Source: a virus
Length of the DNA stretch: 64,000 bases
Strand: one strand, 5' to 3'
Virus record (IMG/VR): IMGVR_UViG_3300030419_007436
Location: 32,001 to 96,000 of that record
The notes beneath the pieces are model-generated. The model had not been told where the DNA came from. It saw nothing but the letters and a program-made list of their open reading frames with translations, and searched no databases. This document shows positions 30,989 to 39,899 of the stretch, piece by piece. Numbering within the stretch: position 1 is the stretch's first letter; each line of letters starts with the position of its first letter. The translations under genes and the position numbers were made by a program.

Positions 30989-31197
30989 AATACATTAATA
31001 GCCTTTACATTATTTGGGGAAATAAATTTCATTTTTTTATTTTTATTCTTTTTATCTGCCAGTGTTAAATATTGATTAGTATTCCAAGACAAATATTCTA
31101 TATCTTCAATAAGAAAAAGCCTGTTATTATATTTAACAGTACTTCCAACAAAAACTTTATTCTTGTGCATATCTAGCGCGTATCTTCTTGTTGTCAT
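30985..31197 (-). CDS. Small SH3/KOW-like protein (start uncertain)
   Basis: VFVGSTVKY...LIEDI. Confidence 0.4.
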   Translation of the reverse strand: MTTRRYALDMHKNKVFVGSTVKYNNRLFLIEDIEYLSWNTNQYLTLADKKNKNKKMKFISPNNVKAINVL

Positions 31198-31423
31198 TTT
31201 TTTGCCTTCTTTTATTATTTTCACCTTTCGAAAAGGATTTTTTAGATTTTTTATTTTCTTTTTTAACAACAGGGGGATCCCATACCTTAACCCTATATTC
31301 TTTAGCGCCTCTTCTTATTTTTATTAATTCATGTTTTCCAACTAACGAATCTTTATAATCACTAGCTTCTTGGTATGTTTGGAAAGTAGCAGAAGTTTTC
31401 CAAGTTTTAGTTTCACTCTGCAT
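31157..31423 (-). CDS. Hypothetical basic protein
   Basis: RBS GGGAGG before ATG 31423 (MQSETKTWK). Confidence 0.55.
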   Translation of the reverse strand: MQSETKTWKTSATFQTYQEASDYKDSLVGKHELIKIRRGAKEYRVKVWDPPVVKKENKKSKKSFSKGENNKRRQKNDNKKIRARYAQE

Positions 31424-31640
31424 TATTTGCCTCCCTTTCTTTAAAAAGGCCATTCAGGGTATTAATACAGGATTCTGATTTTTCTAATATTCCAACCCAC
31501 TTTTTTAACTCATCTAATATGTTTGTATGATCTCCAATTGCAGTAGAATTATTATATATTAATTCTATCATTGCAATTGCTTCTGCTTTTTTAGCCACAT
31601 AATGTCCAATAATTGCTGAATGTAAACTTTGTGTTTGCAT
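31413..31640 (-). CDS. Hypothetical protein
   Basis: RBS AAGGA; HYVAKKAEA...IGDH. Confidence 0.55.
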   Translation of the reverse strand: MQTQSLHSAIIGHYVAKKAEAIAMIELIYNNSTAIGDHTNILDELKKWVGILEKSESCINTLNGLFKEREANNAE

Positions 31641-31661
31641 ATATATCCTTTTTTAATTAAG

Positions 31662-32094
31662 TGGAGACGTCGGGAGTCGAACCCGAGTCCAAAAAATCTA
31701 AAATATAATATGATATACAAGAATTGGTACGTTCACCACCTAAGCACCAGCCACCCAACTCTATGTCGGGGAAATCCATTCACCACTCTTAAGGCGTTGG
31801 CTACCAAAATTATATAGTCCTTATATAATTCAATCGCCCAGCCGATTTTAAGACCTTTTTTATGGCCACAGCTAAGCTAGGTTATTCGAACCCTTAAAAA
31901 CTAATACATGATATCGTATGCATTGCCGATCTAACTTTTTTAATAAAGTGTTAGCCACTCCAGATTATGCAGCTAAGGCGTAATCAAATTCAACGTTATC
32001 GTTGGCATTTATAAAGTTTGAGTATTTTTGCTGTGATACCCACACAGTCTTGCATATTATACTTTTAATTCTCTGTCGAAACCATTTCGTCCCC
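31662..32094 (-). ncRNA. ssrA: tmRNA, tag peptide ANDNVEFDYALAA* (32006-31965)
   Basis: 5' GGGGACG pairs with 3' CGTCTCC-A including G3:U wobble; GGTTTCGAC, T-arm GGGTTCGACTCCC, PK1-like CTGTG/CACAG and GGGTAT/ATACTC. Confidence 0.96.
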
Positions 32095-32113
32095 ATTTCA
32101 AAGATCTGAAATA

Positions 32114-32142
32114 AATATATACAATATTAACTTATAAGTCAA
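32114..32142 (-). promoter_or_regulatory. Sigma70-type promoter of tmRNA
   Basis: TTGACT-17 nt-TATATT, 20 nt upstream of the mature 5' end. Confidence 0.65.
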
Positions 32143-32507
32143 GTGTTTTTAACTTCTTCTTCGAAAAAGCTTTCTGTATTATATTTTTTTATTAATTTTC
32201 TGAGATCTTGAGGGATGAGACCTAAAAATCTAGCTGCTTCCTTTTTTGATCTTGTCGTAGAAAGAGCCATTTTTAACATAGCATCTTGTACTATTTCTCT
32301 GGTAGAGTGCCATATTGGTATACCATAGCACTTTCCTCCAAATGGTTTTGTGGCTAATTCTAATTTGAGAGCAATTATATCTTCTAAAGATAAATTATTG
32401 AGCATCAATTCAAATTCTTCAGTGGATTTATTTTCTTTTCTTAATTTTTTAGAAATACTATAGTGAGCATTTTTACCTGAGAGTCTTTTCTTTTTTTTCC
32501 AAACCAT
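32139..32507 (-). CDS. Fis-like HTH protein
   Basis: ALSTTRSKKEAARFLGL...LRKLIKKY. Confidence 0.7.
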   Translation of the reverse strand: MVWKKKKRLSGKNAHYSISKKLRKENKSTEEFELMLNNLSLEDIIALKLELATKPFGGKCYGIPIWHSTREIVQDAMLKMALSTTRSKKEAARFLGLIPQDLRKLIKKYNTESFFEEEVKNT

Positions 32508-32594
32508 CTTTACTTTTGTATCAAAACATGATACCCTATTTAAGTAATTAATATAACTTATTATAATTATTAATTTAATATATTATTTAAAATA

Positions 32595-32816
32595 TTAGTT
32601 ACTTATCTTTATATTATTAATTAATTCTAAGAGATCTTGAAGATAACTTTCAACAGTGCCTGGGTTGCTTTCCCATGTTTGCAGAAGATCTTTTACTTCC
32701 GCCATCACTCCTTCAGCTTCCCTCAAATTATGTCTAGAGAGATGTAGATCGTGTCGTTCGTCTTCTTCGAATGCTTCTTTAATTAATTGCTTAAGTTTTG
32801 ATTTTGTTAGTTTCAT
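32595..32816 (-). CDS. Class-A leader protein (MKLTKSKLKQLIKE), small acidic cargo
   Basis: Shared leader; RBS AGGAG. Confidence 0.75.
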   Translation of the reverse strand: MKLTKSKLKQLIKEAFEEDERHDLHLSRHNLREAEGVMAEVKDLLQTWESNPGTVESYLQDLLELINNIKISN

Positions 32817-33054
32817 AGTAGACTCCTATTTGTGTACGTCCTCGAAAATCTTCGGTTTGGAATACCCAGCAGCCTGCCGCAAGGAAACAATTGCAATTTC
32901 CAGCTCTTTGAGAGCGCTGGCGCTATAGTTGCGCATAGCCTTAATCTCTTGATATGCTGCTACCGCATGTTGCAACGGATCATCGCGAAGCTGTTGCTGC
33001 TCTGTTATAACTTCTTTAATTAATTGCTTAAGTTTTGATTTTGTTAGTTTCATA
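32774..33054. repeat. 44-nt exact direct repeat (32774-32817 and 33011-33054) encoding the leader
   Basis: cttctttaattaattgcttaagttttgattttgttagtttcata occurs twice. Confidence 0.95.
32826..33053 (-). CDS. Class-A leader protein, small helical cargo
   Basis: Shared leader; RBS GGAGGT. Confidence 0.75.
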   Translation of the reverse strand: MKLTKSKLKQLIKEVITEQQQLRDDPLQHAVAAYQEIKAMRNYSASALKELEIAIVSLRQAAGYSKPKIFEDVHK

Positions 33055-35893
33055 TATTATATACCTCCTCTAAAGTTTCTTCTGTTGTTTCTTCAGTTTG
33101 AGGATAGTCCGGACTTTCTGGTTCTTCTCCAATTTGATCAGACATTTCTCCTTCGAATTTATCAAAATAAAGCTTAAGGTTTGTAAGTCCCCAGTCCTTA
33201 AATATATGCGCATCTTCAGGAGCAATTAATCTTTCATATGAGGAAACAATCTGCTGTTGTACATCATTCCATGCTTTTTCAGACTCTGAAGCCCCTTGTT
33301 GGACATAAGGGTCGTCTGAATCTAACTTTATAAACTCATTTTTTTCTTCTTCTTCATCTTCTTTTGCCTGCTCAATATCTTTAGATCTGGCAGGTAAAAA
33401 TTTCGACTCATCAGGTTCACTAGTGATATCATCTTGTTCGACTCCAACTTTAAAATCTAATTCTGCTAATTGCATTTGGGCGTCTCCGGGGGCCACTCTG
33501 TTTGCATCAATAGGAGCTAGAGCATTTTTGAAATTAACTAAAAAATGATATCTAAAAGATTTTCTTTCTTTCTCGCTCGATGACAAATTAGTATAAGCAT
33601 CTTCGATTTGCGTAATAATTCTTTTTAATAAATCATCTAAAACATTAATTCCAGTGTTTTTGTGTACAACTTTATCTGCCACTGCAGTTTTTCTATCAAC
33701 TTCCGGTATGACTTGGCGAATAACTTCTCCTAATTTACTTTCTTCAGAATGAATATTCTTTCTTTTTTCTTTTATAACTTTGATACCTTTTCTAATAAGT
33801 TTTCTTAGCCTTTCTTCTTCTGCATGCATTGAACTCACTCCTAATATTCTAAATAAATAGTCTTCTACTTCTCTAATTAACCCCTGTGGTTTGGCTTTAT
33901 CTCTCTTACCTGCACCCATCTCCGCAGCACCACCACCCATAGAAGAAGTTTCCTCCAACTCTTCATCGCAATCTTCTATATCTGGGTCACATTCCTCTCC
34001 ATCATCAAAACGATGTTTACCGGTATTATAATATCCTAGAGTGGCGCCCGCCTGACCATACATTCCTGTTAAACTCTCTTCTATCATCCGCAGAAAGATA
34101 CCCAGCGGAAGCTGGTTTTCCTCCAATTGTCTTAATTTATTTTTAATTAAATCATATATAAGCGGATCATAAAAACCCATTATTTGTTGAAATGATTCAG
34201 GATCTGAGCCTTTTAGTGCCGTCCTTAGTGTTGTACCAGACATTTCTCCGTGGCCCGGCACATCAATTGAAACATGCGGCGCAACTCCAATCTGCCATTC
34301 CCAGCCCTCATCTGTAGTGCCTTCTGTTTTTTGAAATCGAGGACTTTCTTTCATATCCTTTTCGCCAACTAAATAAACAACAGAATATTCTTCAGGATTA
34401 TAGTTCTGTAATATTTCTTTTGCGTTATATGGATTTTTTACTTTAATAATATTGTCTGATGAAATATCGTGAGATTGAATAATTTGTTTCTTTTCTTGAA
34501 AATTGAATGGAGATTTTGGAGTTCCTTCTTTTGTTGACATATCAACAGTATCTGATGTGGCAATAAAAACTTCATCATATTTTGGATCATTTAATATCTC
34601 TTTAAAAACTTCTGCATGATGTCTACCCATGGGCTGAAACCTTCCGGGATATACAGCAATAGTTTTCTTTTCAGTTACTTCACCAGATTCTTCAAAATCA
34701 TCTTCTATCTCAAACTCATAATCAATTGGCTCTTCAATAACTTCTGAGATTATTTCCTCTTCCTTATCAGCTTTAATCTTATCTTTTATTGCTCCCGAGG
34801 CGCCTTTTGTAATAAAATCTCCAGTCACTTTTACAGGTCTATCATCAATACCTCTAATAACAATACCTTCATGACCCTCTAAACCGCCTTTAGAGCTTGT
34901 TGAGGCGCGTTTAACGTCCATACCCAACTCATGGGTCGCGTGATTGAAAAGCGCGCCGTTAATGGCCGTTTTAACGTCTTCTGGAGTCTCTAACCATTCC
35001 ATAAGAGGTGTACCATTTAAAACGGCAAAATAAACCTCTTTACTTATTGCCCAAGCTGTTTTACCATCACGCTTTTGTACTTTTGCATCAAATGGGTTAA
35101 CTGCTTGAGATAACCAATCTTTTAATGGATAAGTTTCACTTTCTGTGCTTGTCATTTGTATAGAAAATGGAGTCGACAATGTTTCAGAAAAATCAACATC
35201 AGATTCTAATTGAGTTGAAACATCGCCAACCAAGCTAACTTCATGCTGTTCCGCGATAGGCTTCACTTTCTCAATAATAGATTCTAAAGCGCCCCGGTCA
35301 TAAGATATTTCTGTGCTGCCATGTTTTGTTGGTTTTCCGGTTTCTGGATCCACTGGTCTTTCTAATCCTGGTCGATCTATACCAATTCCTTTTCTAATTC
35401 TATGTGGTTGAGCCTTCTTTTCATAAAATTGATTGACGCCATGAAGGGCTAATATTTTTTCATCGTATTCAATTACGTTAGTTTTACCCTTTTTCATATA
35501 TTCTGTGTTAAAATATTTAGTGGGATCATCCCACATTCCAAGAGCTTTTAATTCTGGTTCAATTTGCGGCAGCGCTTCATTAAATATTTTTAGAAGCTCA
35601 TCAATTGCGGGAGGCATACCATGACCTTCGGGCCATTTTTTATAAGCATCGGCCGCCGTCATACCTCTAACAGATTCAGGTGCAGATGTGCCACGATCCA
35701 TCCTGAAGTCTTTTCCAGTTGGGGTAGATTCATCATCGACAAGTTTAAAGCTTACATTAATACCGTCAAACTTAACACTTCCGGGATTTGTAGAGAGATG
35801 TTCTGCAATTCTTTCGAAATAGTTTATTAAGTCTTGCCCTGTTTTGACATCTGGTATGTCAAATGGATGTTGCATATGTCCTGATGTGCCCAT
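33050..35893 (-). CDS. Multidomain protein: KxDG ligase-like nucleotidyltransferase, cytidylyltransferase-like domain and helical C-terminal region with a nested start at 33829
   Basis: VKFDGIN, HEGIVIRG, PVKVTG; AVYPGRFQPMGRHH, MSGTTLR. Confidence 0.65.
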   Translation of the reverse strand: MGTSGHMQHPFDIPDVKTGQDLINYFERIAEHLSTNPGSVKFDGINVSFKLVDDESTPTGKDFRMDRGTSAPESVRGMTAADAYKKWPEGHGMPPAIDELLKIFNEALPQIEPELKALGMWDDPTKYFNTEYMKKGKTNVIEYDEKILALHGVNQFYEKKAQPHRIRKGIGIDRPGLERPVDPETGKPTKHGSTEISYDRGALESIIEKVKPIAEQHEVSLVGDVSTQLESDVDFSETLSTPFSIQMTSTESETYPLKDWLSQAVNPFDAKVQKRDGKTAWAISKEVYFAVLNGTPLMEWLETPEDVKTAINGALFNHATHELGMDVKRASTSSKGGLEGHEGIVIRGIDDRPVKVTGDFITKGASGAIKDKIKADKEEEIISEVIEEPIDYEFEIEDDFEESGEVTEKKTIAVYPGRFQPMGRHHAEVFKEILNDPKYDEVFIATSDTVDMSTKEGTPKSPFNFQEKKQIIQSHDISSDNIIKVKNPYNAKEILQNYNPEEYSVVYLVGEKDMKESPRFQKTEGTTDEGWEWQIGVAPHVSIDVPGHGEMSGTTLRTALKGSDPESFQQIMGFYDPLIYDLIKNKLRQLEENQLPLGIFLRMIEESLTGMYGQAGATLGYYNTGKHRFDDGEECDPDIEDCDEELEETSSMGGGAAEMGAGKRDKAKPQGLIREVEDYLFRILGVSSMHAEEERLRKLIRKGIKVIKEKRKNIHSEESKLGEVIRQVIPEVDRKTAVADKVVHKNTGINVLDDLLKRIITQIEDAYTNLSSSEKERKSFRYHFLVNFKNALAPIDANRVAPGDAQMQLAELDFKVGVEQDDITSEPDESKFLPARSKDIEQAKEDEEEEKNEFIKLDSDDPYVQQGASESEKAWNDVQQQIVSSYERLIAPEDAHIFKDWGLTNLKLYFDKFEGEMSDQIGEEPESPDYPQTEETTEETLEEVYNI

Positions 35894-35902
35894 AAATTAC
35901 TC

Positions 35903-37309
35903 CTAAAGTGCGCCTCTGGTGCCTAAATTTTTTAAATCTTCTTTTTCCATAGCTCCGGTATCTCCACCCAGAGTGCCTCCTTCATCATCTGCGTGACTAG
36001 GCACTTCAGGCGCATCCTCCACTTGATCATCATCAAAATCAATATCTGCTATTTCTTCTTGTCTATCTTGTCTGTCTGCTCTTTTGATTCTATTTACATG
36101 TGCTCTGTGAGCAATAAATTCAGTCTCCCGGTCGACATATTCTTGTAATTGCTTTAATTTATTTATTAAACCCGGACAACAATCAGCACTAATTAATTCT
36201 TCTTGTTCTGGTCTCCAAACTTTTTCTAATTTACAACTCCCGGGAATAATTTTACCTTTTTTATCAAATTTACAAGTTTTTGGATCATAATAAAGCTTTT
36301 GTGACTCTCCTGGTATTGGCTTCCCTTCTTTATCTAATTCAACTCCCCAGTCTTTTGGCATATCTTCGGCACACATTGCCTTTATTTCTGCTATTTTTTG
36401 TTCTATGTTTCCTTGAATATTCATTAGTCTTTGATGATCTTCTTTGTTTCTAGTTAATTTACTAAAATCTTGTACGATCTTATTCCATATAGACATTGTT
36501 TCTTCTTTGTTCATTTTAAGATGGCCGCCGTATTTCTCATCTTCACCAAAAACTATTCCAACAGAACCACCAGGAACTATTCTTGCGATTATTTTTTCAA
36601 TATAGTGAAAACCGTCTAAATATTTTAAAGCCATATCATATGGTCTAATATTAGTGCCCGGTACCGTCCACGTACAATCCCAGCTTTCGAGTTGATCCAA
36701 AATTTGACCTTCAATAAATCCGTGAAACATTAGATATGCTACTACTTTTGCAGCTTTTGGATATTTCCAGGCCCATCCATATCTTGCTAACCACCTTAAT
36801 AACATATTAGGTCCTGCCCGCCACCACCACTTGGCTCCATGCGCTAGATAGGGCGCCCCCGCTCTTAGTGCGGCGCCTGTGGCGCCCACTCCCCCTCCAA
36901 GCCCCAAGAGCGCAATTGCAGCCGCGGCTTTACCGGTTTGTAGTGTATCTTCTGTTTCATCTTCATATCTATCTTTAGTGGTAAATCCACCTTTTGTATG
37001 AAAGCCCATTTGTTCGCCGGTACCAATATCTCCCCATGACCATTCTGTTTTTTCGAACGGCTGCTTGATATGTGCCGGTACTTTAGTTTTACCACCACCT
37101 CTTTGAAGAACGCCCCCACCAGCCGTACGACCAGATGGGTCTTGTGTCAAATCATATATTTTATCTGCGGCGCGCCTTCCCAAACGGCCGGGAAGATTCA
37201 TGGTCTGTTTTAGAGCATTTTTTATATCTTTCCAGTCTAACTCTTCTAATAATTCGGGATTTTCTAATAAAATTAGTTTTATCTCTTTTTTTAAATCTTT
37301 TTTATTCAT
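35903..37309 (-). CDS. Divergent class-A leader protein with a hydrophobic Gly/Ala segment; candidate ejection protein
   Basis: MNKKDLKKEIKLILLE; AAAAIALLGLGGGVGATGAALRAG. Confidence 0.6.
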   Translation of the reverse strand: MNKKDLKKEIKLILLENPELLEELDWKDIKNALKQTMNLPGRLGRRAADKIYDLTQDPSGRTAGGGVLQRGGGKTKVPAHIKQPFEKTEWSWGDIGTGEQMGFHTKGGFTTKDRYEDETEDTLQTGKAAAAIALLGLGGGVGATGAALRAGAPYLAHGAKWWWRAGPNMLLRWLARYGWAWKYPKAAKVVAYLMFHGFIEGQILDQLESWDCTWTVPGTNIRPYDMALKYLDGFHYIEKIIARIVPGGSVGIVFGEDEKYGGHLKMNKEETMSIWNKIVQDFSKLTRNKEDHQRLMNIQGNIEQKIAEIKAMCAEDMPKDWGVELDKEGKPIPGESQKLYYDPKTCKFDKKGKIIPGSCKLEKVWRPEQEELISADCCPGLINKLKQLQEYVDRETEFIAHRAHVNRIKRADRQDRQEEIADIDFDDDQVEDAPEVPSHADDEGGTLGGDTGAMEKEDLKNLGTRGAL

Positions 37310-37328
37310 CTATTAGCTCCCCTAGCGA

Positions 37329-38903
37329 TTAAATATCGTCGAACAAAGATTTGTTGACTTCAAAAATATCATCAAAATCTGGATCTGGTTCGTCTACACA
37401 CTTACCATTCTTACAAATCATTCCTGTGTAACAATCTCTATTCTTAGTACAGCCTGATGGAAGCTGTTGCTCTAAATCATAGCTGGGTTTTGGTACTGGT
37501 CTACCTTCCACATCAACAGGCTGCGTATACGGATCATCAGGAATTGGTGCAAAATCAAATAGCTTACCATCATAAAAGTTATTCAGTGCCGCGCACTCGT
37601 CTTCGTTAGGTTCTTTATCGGAATTTTCATAACATTGTTTCAAGGCCTCGGCCTTCGTCCACTCATTCCGATTTTTAAATCTTGTCATCAATTCTTTATA
37701 CATGGCCTCTCGACAACTGTCATTAGGCATCAATATCCTAGCTAACATTACCTCTTCTTTTGGAATCTCCGCTAGCTGTTTATCGCATGCTGCCTCTGGT
37801 GAATCTTCTAGCGACTCGCCTCTAGAAAGTTTACCTATGTCTTCAACACTTTTAGGAAGTAACCAGGCTGCACCAACAGCAGCTGCCGAACAAAGCATTG
37901 GAAGAGCATATCCTGTCGTTTTAACCCAAGTTATTGGGTTGAAGTCAATGTCGTGTATTCCAAATTTTTTCCCACGAAAGCGGCCACGCCATCTACACCA
38001 TCGCAAAAACTGTTTTGAAAATTTATGAAAGTGTTGAACATATACTTCAGCTAATTCAGGAGCTAGTTCTGTATATCTTCCACCTTTTGCTTCAAAATGT
38101 TCGATCATCTCTCTCACAACGTCGCGTCGCCTACCTTTGTTCATAGCCAAAGCAAACATATCAACGCCACCAGCCTCACTCTGCGCTTTTAAATATTGAG
38201 CCCATGCCAACCATGCCGCTTCGGTATTCCTGGCTTTTTTAAATATACCTGGCGCGAAGCTTTTAAGATTACTATTAAATAATTCTTTGGCTTCTTTATA
38301 GCGCTCTTTCGTTCGTTTAAGAGCCTTTGATGCACCTTTTCCTAATATTTTCATTGTGTCATCATATAGGCCTCTAGATTTTAACCACACTTCTGTTCTT
38401 GCACGTGTAAGATGTTTTCCTGTTTCATTATACCATTGTTCAAAGGCTTTGCGCCCCGCATCGGTATCTGGATATAGCCTTTCCCCACGCGAACCCTTCG
38501 CATTCTTTCTTATCAACTCGGACCACATCAAGCTCAAGACGTCTAAAATGTCGTCCTCTTGGGCTGCAATCATGTTGGCAGCCCTGGTTTTCATGTTGTC
38601 GTCAAAAGTCTTCCACGCGGGTTTCCCCGCATCATCCATTCTTTTTATCCATTTTTCCGCATTAACTATCCGTCGAGAACCCCTATCAAGCATATCTTGA
38701 AAGGAATCGATTGATATTTGAGTTAATCTTCTTGCTAATTCATCTACTATACCAGGCGCCTTCTTTTTTCCGGCCCAAAATGCTTTTCTAACTTCCTTAT
38801 CTCGCAGACCATCCGTTATTTCATCTTTAATTTCTCGTAATACAATATCTGGTATATCTAAAGTACCGTCAGTCGCTTGTTTTATTACACCCCTTTCCAT
38901 CAT
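37329..38903 (-). CDS. Large hypothetical protein; frame stays open about 100 codons upstream with no start codon, so probably the 3' part of a frameshifted gene
   Basis: Frame open to the TGA near 39200; A10 run at 39170-39179. Confidence 0.65.
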   Translation of the reverse strand: MMERGVIKQATDGTLDIPDIVLREIKDEITDGLRDKEVRKAFWAGKKKAPGIVDELARRLTQISIDSFQDMLDRGSRRIVNAEKWIKRMDDAGKPAWKTFDDNMKTRAANMIAAQEDDILDVLSLMWSELIRKNAKGSRGERLYPDTDAGRKAFEQWYNETGKHLTRARTEVWLKSRGLYDDTMKILGKGASKALKRTKERYKEAKELFNSNLKSFAPGIFKKARNTEAAWLAWAQYLKAQSEAGGVDMFALAMNKGRRRDVVREMIEHFEAKGGRYTELAPELAEVYVQHFHKFSKQFLRWCRWRGRFRGKKFGIHDIDFNPITWVKTTGYALPMLCSAAAVGAAWLLPKSVEDIGKLSRGESLEDSPEAACDKQLAEIPKEEVMLARILMPNDSCREAMYKELMTRFKNRNEWTKAEALKQCYENSDKEPNEDECAALNNFYDGKLFDFAPIPDDPYTQPVDVEGRPVPKPSYDLEQQLPSGCTKNRDCYTGMICKNGKCVDEPDPDFDDIFEVNKSLFDDI

Positions 38904-39154
38904 CTCATTTAAAGTTTCAGCAACGGGGTCAAGCAGCTTCTCTATTATTCCTCTTTCTATTTCATCTGCAGATCTGCCAAGCGACGCGCGCAGAATATCT
39001 CTAAAATCTTTTACACCTATATCAAAGAATTCTTTAAATTTTTCACGAATAGATTTTTCGACGGGATTAGCCTCTAATAAAAGACGAGACTTTTTATGAC
39101 CTTTTTTTTTGAGGTTTTTTCTTAGGCGGGGTTTGTAATTACTTTCTTTAAGTA

Positions 39155-39892
39155 TTACTTTAAAATTTGTTTTTTTTTTATTTCTGTCAAACGAGACTCA
39201 CGAGACTCTGCGCTTTGAGGGTCTTGGTGGATATTATCGACGTTAAGAGACTCTTTGTCGTCGTCGTCTTCTTCTTCTTCGTCATTTTCTCCAAGAGTTA
39301 GCTGACCAGTTTGATAATCCACCTCATCCATTGAGATGCCTTCATTAATTGGTGCCTTATATCCCCATTTTTCCATCAAAAGGTTATTGAGTTCTTTGTT
39401 TTTCCAATCATTAATTGACATGTTTTTTTCTCCTACTATATAGGCGTCCTTATAAATAGTTTCATATAACACTTTGTTCTCTGTTTTAATTCCGTCTTCC
39501 CAATCTCTAAGGCAAAGATTTCCCTCAAGGTATGCTTCCTCTTCCATTTTACGTAAAAATTCATCATTTTGTGCATACCCTGGCTCAGTAGAAAATTCTC
39601 TATCAAAGTCGCCGCGGCAATTCTGATTATGATGTACCAATTCGTGAGACAGGGATCTTAAAATGTCTTTGATGTGGCGCCCATCTACAAAGATAGATAC
39701 TTCCATATTCGAGGGATCATAATGTGCAGTTCTTCCAAGAGGATTTCTGGAGTTTTCTTCATCGGATAAAAAATTAATTGTTGGAGGTCTATTAAATCCT
39801 ATTCTTTTTTGTGCAAAAGGTAAAAATTTATTAACTAAACCCTCTAATTCTCCTAGATCGTGTGGTGTATTATTATTTATTTTACAGTGCAT
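39155..39892 (-). CDS. HExxH metallopeptidase-like protein with a nested start at 39421
   Basis: DGRHIKDILRSLSHELVHHNQ...EEEAYLEG. Confidence 0.72.
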   Translation of the reverse strand: MHCKINNNTPHDLGELEGLVNKFLPFAQKRIGFNRPPTINFLSDEENSRNPLGRTAHYDPSNMEVSIFVDGRHIKDILRSLSHELVHHNQNCRGDFDREFSTEPGYAQNDEFLRKMEEEAYLEGNLCLRDWEDGIKTENKVLYETIYKDAYIVGEKNMSINDWKNKELNNLLMEKWGYKAPINEGISMDEVDYQTGQLTLGENDEEEEDDDDKESLNVDNIHQDPQSAESRESRLTEIKKKQILK

Positions 39893-39899
39893 TATATAA

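Noticed and set aside
31662-32094. tRNA genes
   Set aside because: The only T-arm and acceptor signature found belongs to the tmRNA. No cloverleaf with an anticodon arm was seen by eye.
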